From the NCBI RefSeq assembly GCF_004010195.1, contig NC_057756.1:5922257-5951203 (forward strand): 28,947 nucleotides of DNA. The letters are read 5' to 3'. Positions 20,286 to 28,947 of the stretch are shown here, one piece after another. The notes below the pieces were generated by a model. It searched no databases. It was given only the letters and a program-made list of their open reading frames with translations, and had not been told where the DNA came from. This stretch comes from Chiloscyllium plagiosum (Eukaryota). The position numbers and the translations under genes were made by a program. The number at the start of each line of letters is the position of its first letter. The first letter of the stretch is position 1.

Positions 20286-21141
20286 TGAAGTGTGAGATGA
20301 AGAGTGTCAGTTCCTCACCAATTGATTTGGTATCTGCAGTTATACCTGCTGCCACTAGATGGAAGACTTGACTACATTGCAGCACACCTCAATATTTGTC
20401 TTTCAAATGATTGTGTTCATGCCTCAAGGTAATTGCCTCACTGCTATTGCCCCTTCTTCCAGCTGGCTGTGTCCACCCTACCTTCTGGAATCCAATCTCC
20501 AAGCCTCTAATTCTGAGGACTGTTTTACGATAAAATAATGGAAATACCATGGTCGGACACAGACATGGTGCGCTGAAGGGCTTGTTCCTATGTTCTGTGG
20601 AAGTGTCCACACGTACACCTGTCTGCCTCCATAGGGCAACACACAGATAGGAGCCATTTAGCAGTGGCAAATTGCAAATCGGAAGTAAGCGGACATTTTT
20701 GCTCCTGGAGTTTGGCTATATCGGGAGAGAAAAGTGGTCAATCAAAATGTTTTTGAAAATTCAGTATTGTGCCGCTAAAATAACCAATAAATGACCTGTG
20801 TTCACATTCGCTGTAGATAGATTGTTAACCTGACTGTAGTGTCTTTAAACACACAGCTTTGTGAATCCATTTGACTAGCTGCTCACTGTTGTATGTTACT
20901 TGAAAGAATGAAGGATTCACGTCCAATTTGACAAACAATTCTTTTTGGTAATATTGTGTGAACAGGTTAATGGAACTTCATAGATTTGTTGGCTTAAAGA
21001 CTTGTTCTCTGAGTTAATGTAATGGCTATGAAAATGTGATGCGTGAGATTAGACCCCAGCTCTCCTTTATCTCAGGGAGGGACTGAAGATTAGCAATGAC
21101 TGAGTCAGGCCTCATCGAAGCAAGCACATCCAGTAGAAATA

Positions 21142-21531
21142 TGAATTGAATGAATTGAATTGAATTTATTGTCACATGTACTGAGGCACAGTGAAAAGCA
21201 GCACAGGCAGATCACAGAGTTAAGTAGCTTAGATTAGCAAATAATAGGTAAACAGCAGCAAAAACAAAAACACAGGTACAGGCGAATGTTAAGAGTTTGT
21301 CAGTCCATTCAGTATTCTGACAACAGTAGGGTAGAAACTGTTTTGAAACCGGCTGGTGTGTGTATCAGGCTTCTGTACCTTCTCCCCGATGGTAGAGGTT
21401 GTAGATAAACATTGCCAGGGTGGGACGGATCTTTGAGAATGCTGGCGGCCTTTCCTTGACGGCGGGCCTGGGAGATGGATTCTATAGATGGGAGGTTGGC
21501 CTTTGTGACTGTCTGGGCCGAGTTCACCATT
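21142..21531 (-). mobile_element. Rex1/Babar-like LINE 3' end
   Basis: Minus ILKDPSHPG..QPLPSGRRYRS and RFQNSFYPTVVRILN; (CAATT)n tail. Confidence 0.8.
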
Positions 21532-21534
21532 CAC

Positions 21535-21855
21535 AGTTACTAAAGTTCACTTGAGAATGTCACTTTTAAATGTTCTGTGATTTACATATGAAGAACTGAA
21601 ACCAACATGTTCATTCTAAAAGATGAGAGACTTAACAAACAATGCAGGTCTTTTTCAATATATAATTTCAGTTACATCACACTGTAAACTTTTGCTGTAA
21701 ATGCTGTGTCTTACGATCTTATTCTCCACAACCAGCTGATGAAGGAGCAGCGCTCAGAAAGCTAGTGTTTCCAAATAAACCTGTTGGACTATAACCTGGT
21801 GCTGTGTGCTTTTTAACTTTGTACACTGCAGTCCAATAGCGGCATCTCCGAATCC
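21535..21855 (+). mobile_element. Penelope-like terminal repeat with a mutated hammerhead (21733-21767)
   Basis: CTGATGA-A-GGAGC-AGC-GCTCA-GAAA-GCTA; homologous to 26848-27091. Confidence 0.75.
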
Positions 21856-21859
21856 TGAG

Positions 21860-22265
21860 CTTGCAGTTACCTGCCCCTTCATCCCACCATATTGCCCCAA
21901 CCCTAGCCAATATCCCCCACCCCCCACCCCGGGTTTCCCTGCAGTGAAGCTCAGACCAAACTGGAAGAACAGCACCTCATCTCCCACAGCCTGCAGGACT
22001 CAATATCAAGTCCAATTGTTTCAGAGCCTGATACACCACCTTCCATGTTCTTTTCCCCTCCCTTGGTTAATTGTCGACCATCCCTTTCCCTAACTTTCTT
22101 CTGTGTTCTGTCTCCACCTATCCCTCACACCTTTATCTGTCCTCTCCTCCCCCCCCCCAGCCCAAACTCCCTGTCATCAGCATATACTACTTCTCTCTAG
22201 TGACTATCACTTCTGAAGACTTGAAATGTTAACTGTTTCTCTCCCTTTCTCTCTTTCTCCACAGC
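21860..22265 (+). mobile_element. Old Penelope-like element 3' end
   Basis: SEAQTKLEEQHLI..QPAGLNIKSNCFRA* (GIY-YIG C-terminus), then a pyrimidine-rich UTR and a collapsed hammerhead ctgaaga..gaaatgtta. Confidence 0.7.
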
Positions 22266-22444
22266 ATTAGTTCCTTATTTCCATTGCCAGTGTGATTTCT
22301 TCTGCATCACTGTGTCCTGGTATTTTGTGCATTTTCCTCGCTTCTAACCTCTCAATCACCTGAAGATCACGAAATGAGCCAATTTGTTATCTTAACCCCA
22401 GTGGTATAGCTTGTCACCAAGGGAAGAAAAACTCCCTATTACCG

Positions 22445-22865
22445 GTAACTCACTTCCTGAATTCCCAAAGCCTGTCCACCAACTCCACAAGTCAGGAGTG
22501 TGATGGAATATTCCCCATTTGCCTGGATGGGTGCAGCTGCAACACTCAAAGCTTCCAGGGCAAAGTAGCCTGTTTGATCAGCACCACATCCACAAATGTC
22601 CATTCCCTCCACTGCTGACTCTCAATAACAGCAGTGTGTAATATCTACAAGATGCAATGCAGGATCTCACCAAAGATCTTCAGCCAGCATCTTCCAAACC
22701 TCCAACCACTTCCATCTGCAAGGCCAGCAGGTGCAGGGAAACACCACCCCCTGCAACTTCTCCTCCGAGTCACTCACCATCCCAGCTTAGAAATAGATTG
22801 GCCCTTACTTCAGTGTCACTGGGTCAAAATACTGGAGTTCCCCCCAAAAGGGCATTGTGGGTTAT
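22445..22865 (+). mobile_element. CR1-group LINE 3' ORF fragment (family distinct from HER1)
   Basis: QSLST..QVRSVMEYSPFAWMGAAAT. Confidence 0.7.
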
Positions 22866-23081
22866 CTAACAGCTTTTACAACATTTGCAACCTCTTACTT
22901 CGATGTTTAGCCATGATTTCAATTTGGAGTGAATTCACTGTGACTCTGATCTCCAGCATTTGCAGTCCTCACTTTCTCCTCCATGAATTCACTTCTTGAC
23001 TGGCACACCGGCAACATAGACTGAAACCATGCAAAAGTTCAGATACAATGGCGTCTGAAAGAATAGGCTGGTGTTTTGAAT

Positions 23082-23830
23082 AAGACCATAAGATCAAAAA
23101 ATAATAGGAACAGGAGAAGACCGTTTAGCCCCATGAACCTGTTCTGTCTTTCCATAGGATCGGGGCTGATCCCATTCTCCTCACCTCACTTTCCTGCCTC
23201 TCTCCCTTGATTCCCTGACTGATCAAAAATCTATCTGTCTCAGCTTTCAATTTACGCAATGACACTGCCTCTGCACACAGTTCTCTGTGACAAGGACATT
23301 CAACCCTCTGAGAGAATAAATTACTCTTCATCTCAGTCTTCAGTTGGTGCCCCTTTATTCTGAGATGTTTCCCTCTGGTCCTAGATTCTCCAGTGAGGGG
23401 AATCACCCTCTGACAGCGTTGACTGTCGGTCCTCTATCGATTTCAATTAGGTCATCTCTCATTCTTGTAAACTCCAGCAGGTAGACTTCCAACCTGTTTA
23501 GCCTTTGCTCATAAGGCAATCCCTTCATCCTGGGGATCATCCAAGTGAACCTCTGAATGGCCTCCAATGAAATGATAATTTTCCTAAATAAAGGGACAAA
23601 TGTTGCTCCAGATCTGGTCTCCCCAGCATCTTACACAGTGGCAGTCAGGTTTCCCTACTCATCCTTCAATCCCCTTGAAATAAGGGCCAGCATTCCATTA
23701 GTCCTTCCCGATTACCTCCGCACAAGTCGTTAGCTTTCTGTGTTTGATGCACACATGCCCCCTTTCACTGCCCCAAGTCCCTTTGTTCTACAGCTTTCTG
23801 CGGTTTTTCTCACTTACAAAGTGATGAATC
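23082..23830 (-). mobile_element. CR1-like LINE 3' end
   Basis: Minus PLTGESRTRGKHLRIKG..FSQRV..KAETDRFL; tail at the left end. Confidence 0.8.
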
Positions 23831-24111
23831 CCTATTTTTGTCTTGGTTGTTACAGTCAATTTCAAAGTGGTATCTGTCCATCTCTGCCCCTGAAGTAGTG
23901 GCATATGAGTTCAAAGTAAAAGAGAACAAAATACAACAGAATCAGAACAAGCTGGATAAGCATCAATTCTACTCTCATTCAAGTATACTGACCAGATCAT
24001 CCAGTCTGACATCCATCTGAGTGTTGCATATTGCAACCTGCAGAAAATGTGCTTCTTTCCAGATGACATGCTAAATCTGAAAATGCAGAGGCAAGTGAAG
24101 GGGGCTGGGGG

Positions 24112-24220
24112 AGGGGAGGTGCAGTTACTCAGGTGGCTGGTTTGAAATGCAGAGGAAGGCTAACAGCATGAGTTCAAATCCCATGGGAGCTAAAGGTACC
24201 ATGAAGGCCTCTCCTCTCCC
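24112..24220 (+). mobile_element. tRNA-derived SINE 5' fragment
   Basis: gttcaaatccc B-box-like motif; similar to the reverse complement of 27112-27293. Confidence 0.5.
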
Positions 24221-24224
24221 CTCC

Positions 24225-24400
24225 ATAACAAGGGGCATCATTTAAAGTTGAAAGACAGGGGGATTTGAGGATTGCTTCACCCAGAGGGTAGTGGGGATCC
24301 GGAATGCACTGCCTGGGAGGGTGGTTGAGATGGGAATTTAGACAGTGATATCCACATCCTGGGAACGATTTTTTAAAAACTCCACAATGTGGCATTTGAG
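24225..24400 (+). mobile_element. CR1 3' fragment
   Basis: aaggggcat..ttcacccagagggtagtggggatccggaatgcactgcctgggagggtgg. Confidence 0.65.
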
Positions 24401-24541
24401 TTCAAACATTGCTACTTTGAAAGCAAATACTCAAGTCACTGGCCATTTTTATTGTTCCTATTTAATAAGATATCATGTAGTTTATTAGATTTGATTTCAT
24501 CCTGCCTCATTAAAGCAAAGGACAGTATCAAACATGTTAAT

Positions 24542-24871
24542 GGGCGGCACAATGGCTCAGTGGTTAGCACTGCTGCCTCAGAGTGCCAGGGTCCCAGATT
24601 CAATTCCTGTCTCGGGCAACTGTCTGTGTGGAGTTTGCACATTCTCCCCGTGTCTGCGTGGGTTCCCTCTGGGTGCTCCAGTTTCCTCCCACAGGCCAAA
24701 GATTTTCAGGTTAGGTGAATTGGCCGTGCTAAATTGCCCATAGTGTTAGGTGCATTTGTCAGGGGTAAATGTAGGGGAGTGGGTCTGGGTGGGTTGCTCT
24801 TCGGAGGGTCAGGGTGGACTTGTTGGGCTGAAAGGCCTGTTTCCACACTGTAGGGAATCTAATCTTAATCT
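24542..24871 (+). mobile_element. HE1-type SINE, full length
   Basis: gggcggcacaatggctcagtggttagc head, V-domain, aatct tail. Confidence 0.9.
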
Positions 24872-25104
24872 GTGGCTAACTTGTAGTAGGTCAGCTTTTC
24901 CAAATATTTCAGGAACCTCTCCCTCAGTGTTGACAATTACTAGACACTACGTATACATGAACCCTTTCACATCTCTGAATGTATTTCTGTCCAGTCCAAA
25001 CCTTTGAATAACACATCAGAGGTGAGTCTTAGTCCTCAGTGATAAAGTTACAATGGCAGATTATATGAATTAGGCCTTTTTATAAAAATACGATGGGCAT
25101 GGTG

Positions 25105-26272
25105 AGGTCACCCCTCAGCCTCTGACACTCCAGGGAAAAACAAATCCCAGCCTATTTAGCCTCTCCTTATAACTCAAATCTTTCAACCCTGGCAACATCC
25201 TTGTAAATCTTTTCTGAACCCTTTCAAGTTTCACAACATCTTTCCTGCAGCAGAGACCAGAAGTGAACACAGTAGCTAAAACTGGCCTCAAACTAATGCC
25301 CTGTACAGCTGCACTATGACCTCCCAACTCCTATATTCAATGCACGACCAATGATTGCAAGCGTGCCAAACGTCTTTTTCCCCACCTTGTCTACCTGCAT
25401 CTCCACTTCCAAGGAACTAAGCAGCTACACCTCAAGGTCACTCTACTCAAGAACGCTCCCCAAGGCCCATTCATTAACTGTGTAACTCCTGCCCTGGCTT
25501 GCCTTACCAAAATGTAACAGCTCATTTTTATCCAAATTAGACTCCATCTGCCACTCCTCAGCCCATTGACCTATCTGATCAAGGTCCCATAGTAATCTGG
25601 GATAACCTTTTTCACTGTCCACTACATCACCAATATTGGTGTCATCTGCAAACTTAAAAACTATACTTCGTACGGTCACATCCAAGTCATTTACATAAAT
25701 GGCAAAAAGCAGTGCACCCAGCACAGATCCTTGCGGCACACCACTGGGCACAGGCCTGTGACTCCTGCTTTCAAGCCAATTTTATATCCAAATTGTCTAG
25801 CTGTTCCAGGATTCCATGTGGTCTAACCTTGCTAACCAGTCTACCATGGGGAACCTTGTGAAATGCCTTGTTGAAGTTTATATTGACAACCTCTCTCCCT
25901 TCATCAATCTTTTGTACTTTCTTCAAAACACTCCGTCATGTTAGTGAGACACAATTTTCCACGCATAAAGCCATTTGACTATTCCTAATCAGGTCTTGCC
26001 TTTCCAAAAACATGTAAATCATGTCCCTCAGCATCCCTTACAACAACTTGCCCACCATTGACATCAGGGACACTGGTCCATGGCTTATCCTTACCACCTT
26101 TCTTAACTAATGTGGTGCCATTATTTAATGCATATTCTTCAAGCAACTCATCCATACCTATCCATGGTACAAATATCTCAGCAAGGGGTCCAGCTATCTC
26201 TTTCCAAGCTTCCCACATAGTTCTGGGATACACCTGATGAATTCCTGGGGATTTATTCACCTTTATACATTT
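25105..26272 (-). mobile_element. CR1/HER1-like LINE ORF2 RT fragment
   Basis: Minus MNKSPGIHQVYPR, SGVPQGSVLGALLFAIYVNDLD..KFADDTNIG, LERVQKRFTRMLPGL. Confidence 0.9.
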
Positions 26273-26324
26273 TCAATCGACATTGAATGCATCAGGATTT
26301 GGGGCACTAAAGAAGCAGAGGCCT

Positions 26325-26618
26325 GCTGGTATAATCACTAGACTATTAATCCAGTGACCCTGGTAATGTTTTAGGGACCTGGGTTCGAATCCTGCCACAG
26401 CAGATGAATGAGTTTTAAAAACAAATCTGGTTTTAAGAGTCTAAAGATGGCCATTGTCAGGGGAAGCAGAACATCTGGTTCACTAATGTCTGTTTGGGAA
26501 GGAAATCTGCTCACCTTCCCTGGTCAGGCCTACATGTGACTGCAGACCCCACAACAATCCAGCTGCCCTCTGGGTAATTAGGGATGTACTTGTCAGCAAG
26601 GCCCACATGCTGTGAATC
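26325..26618 (+). mobile_element. SacSINE1-like (Deu-domain) tRNA SINE
   Basis: gggttcgaatcc B box; catctggttcactaatgtc..ggaaggaaatctgc..ggcctacatgtgact central domain. Confidence 0.65.
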
Positions 26619-26847
26619 AACAACCCATCAAATGACGTGATAATGTGATGATGTTGAAATAAAAGGAGGAAGCAGGGTGTACATTCTCGCAGAGTGAATC
26701 CTCTGATTTTGATTTCAGAAGTTACAGAAGTTGAACTCTGCTGAAAAGCTGGTTTTCATAGATACGCAGTTTCCTCTGTCTCGCCAGCATAGTTAGACAT
26801 TGTCCCGGTGACTAATTCCCTCAGCAATTTCAGGTAAGTGAGTAGTT

Positions 26848-27091
26848 TTGTAATTTACACATGAAAGAAGTGAAACTATCATGGTATTCTAACAGATGAA
26901 AGGCTTAACAATCAATTTTTCAATGTATAATTTCAGTTACATCACACTGTAAATTTTCGCTATAAATTCTGTGTTAGGATTGAGCCCTCCACTATCACCT
27001 GATGAAGGAGCGACGCTCCGAAAGCTAGTGTGCTTCCAATTAAACCTGTTGGACTATAACCTGGTGTTGTGTGATTTTTAACTTTGTACAC
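26848..27091 (+). mobile_element. Penelope-like terminal repeat fragment
   Basis: Homologous to 21575-21827; contains a hammerhead core. Confidence 0.75.
26996..27030 (+). ncRNA. Minimal hammerhead ribozyme motif, intact core
   Basis: CAC-CTGATGA-A-GGAGC-GAC-GCTCC-GAAA-GCTA-GTG. Helix I is CAC/GTG, helix II is a perfect 5 bp, helix III is palindromic AGCT, and the cleavage triplet is CUA. Confidence 0.8.
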
Positions 27092-27111
27092 TTAACTATG
27101 TATTGTGTACC

Positions 27112-27293
27112 CGTAGTCTTACCAGACCATAGGGCTGCTCTCTCATTAGAGAAAGGTGACTTAACCTGAGGGCCACCAGACCTCAGGCAAGGGACGAGAG
27201 TCCTTCATGGTAACCTCAAACTGGCGATGGGAATTGAACCCACGCTGTTGGTACCATACTGCTCTGCAAACCAACTGAGCTAAACCAATTCCC
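27112..27293 (-). mobile_element. tRNA-derived SINE
   Basis: Minus ggtttagctcagttgg..gggttcaattccc A/B boxes; ends ctatggtctggtaagactacg. Confidence 0.7.
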
Positions 27294-28079
27294 ACTTGAC
27301 TAAATCTCCTAACTGTCTATCTCTGTAACCATTTATCGATATGTCTGTCTATCTATCTATGTAACTTATAAAAAGCATTTGAAGTTTGCTAAGTGAAGAG
27401 ATTTTCACCATATATATGCGGCTTTGAGCTCATGTACACATTTTTGTTTCTCCTATGCCGAGGAATGGGAGTGTGCGCGTCGGAACGCAGTGTGAGACTG
27501 TTTCTGAAAGGGATGGAACAACTGAATTATTGTTTATTGTAGTACATTCCCGCACTGGGTGGTACCTCGTGTTTCTTCAAGTATCTTACTTGCCATGGGA
27601 TAGATTATAGAATTATACATTCAGGCAGTACAGAAGAGGCCTTTGGCCCATCCAGTCTGTACGGCCAAAGCTACACTATCAGCTGGGATGGTATTGAATG
27701 GTGGAGCAGGCTTGAGGAGCTGAATTGCCTCCTGCCACTCCTATTTCTTCTGGACTAACCCAACATGAGTCCCACTTTCCAATGCTTTGATTCTTGTTGG
27801 AAGCTAGTAACATTACAGTTAATGATTTCCTTCATTGAATAGTACATTAAAACCCATTGTCCTCAGATTCCACATGAGAAATTCTCAAATTCCCATGTCA
27901 CCAGTTTCCCGTTGGTTTTTCCGTTGGCCTCTCTTGCGCCATTGATCCTGACCTGCTAATCCCAAATTCCGATGGAGCGTCTTGATGGGGAGATGAAGCC
28001 GCATAAGATTCTTCCCTGTCCTCTGTATCTAACCATTAGTTGTTCAGCAAACATAATTTGTGTTACGCACTAACAATCC

Positions 28080-28310
28080 GGATGAAGGAACTGAGGACCT
28101 TGTTGCTCAGTTTGCAGATGACACAGAGATAGGTGAAGGGACAGGTCGTGTCGGGGAGGTGGGAAAACTGCAGAAGGATTCAACAGACCAAGAGAGTGGG
28201 TGAAGAATTGGCAGATGGAATTGAGAAGGATGAGGATGCACTTTGGGAAGAATAGAGTGTAGATTCTTTCTAAAAGGGCTTCAGGAATTTGAAGTACAAA
28301 GGGACTTTGT
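28080..28310 (+). mobile_element. Decayed CR1 RT fragment
   Basis: VAQFADDTEIG..LQKD..WQME. Confidence 0.7.
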
Positions 28311-28672
28311 AAACTGTAATCTTGGTAACTTTAAGTAAATTGTTCAAGTCTCTTTCTCTCTCTCCTTCCTTCTGCTTCTCATTCACCCTCAGCACCACCC
28401 CACCTTCCAATTCACGCAAAAAATGTACACTTTGTCACCTGTTCTCTCTATATATCACAAATTTCTATCATTTACCTGCAATAATTCCACTCTTGAATAA
28501 AAACATGTTTTAGGTTAAAGAGAACAATGAATTATGCTATTTACTCTCCCAATTCCACAATCTTATTCTAATATCAAGACATGTTTCTAAGTGGAATGTT
28601 TGAATCTTGGCTATAATATAACTGCACAAGGGAGACCAAAACATTGTGTAGTATAGTCCATTATGAATCTAG

Positions 28673-28947
28673 TCAAAAATCCAGTGATGAAAAAGGTGTT
28701 GCTGGAAAAGCGCAGCATTCAAGGAGCGGGGGAATCGACGTTTCGGGCATAAGCCCTTCTTCAGGAATGAGGAAGGTGTGCCCAGCAGGCTAAGATAAAA
28801 GGTAGGGAGGAGGGACTGGGGGGAGGGACGTTGGGAATGCGATAGTTGGAAGGAGGTTAAGGTGAAGATGATAGGCCACGTTGGGTGCAGCGGATGCACC
28901 TCCACACACATCATCTATTGCATCCGCTGCACCCGATGTGGCCTCCT
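28673..28947. mobile_element. Penelope-like element: inverted terminal repeat (-) joined to GIY-YIG region (+), runs off the window
   Basis: 28690-28872 is a reverse terminus like 13440-13571. 28894-28947 reads CTSTHIIYCIRCTRCGL. Confidence 0.85.
28735..28766 (-). ncRNA. Minimal hammerhead ribozyme motif, intact core
   Basis: Minus TC-CTGAAGA-A-GGGC-TTAT-GCCC-GAAA-CGTC-GA; helix I is only 2 bp. Confidence 0.7.

Noticed and set aside
20660..20800. CGGAAGT (ETS-like) and CCAAT motifs as a promoter
   Set aside because: Short motifs only, with no CpG island and no linked exon.
1..28947. CRISPR arrays, operons or other prokaryotic systems
   Set aside because: The sequence is vertebrate and no repeat-spacer array was seen.

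Overview
Repeat-dense vertebrate genomic DNA, most likely from a cartilaginous fish. The species assignment is inferred from HE1-type V-SINEs, HER1/CR1 LINEs and a SacSINE1-like element. The only host-gene-like sequence is a single exon encoding a truncated 5-finger C2H2 zinc-finger protein (3004-3474, +). The main structure, invisible in the ORF track, is a decayed ~9.5 kb endogenous retrovirus on the minus strand (15212->5685). It has two ~495-bp LTRs, a near-perfect 5-bp TSD, a tRNA-Ser primer-binding site, a PPT, and epsilon/gamma-like gag, integrase and env remnants. It also appears to carry a second capsid-like coding block upstream of gag. The provirus was later hit by a Tc1/mariner MITE, two Penelope elements, two serial Tx1 LINE insertions and a duplicated HE1 SINE. 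Penelope-like element termini from at least three families carry minimal hammerhead ribozyme cores, three of which look essentially intact. The rest is nested CR1, Rex1/Babar, SINE and solo-LTR debris. All family calls come from manual translation and motif recognition, with no database searches. Boundaries of decayed elements are approximate.
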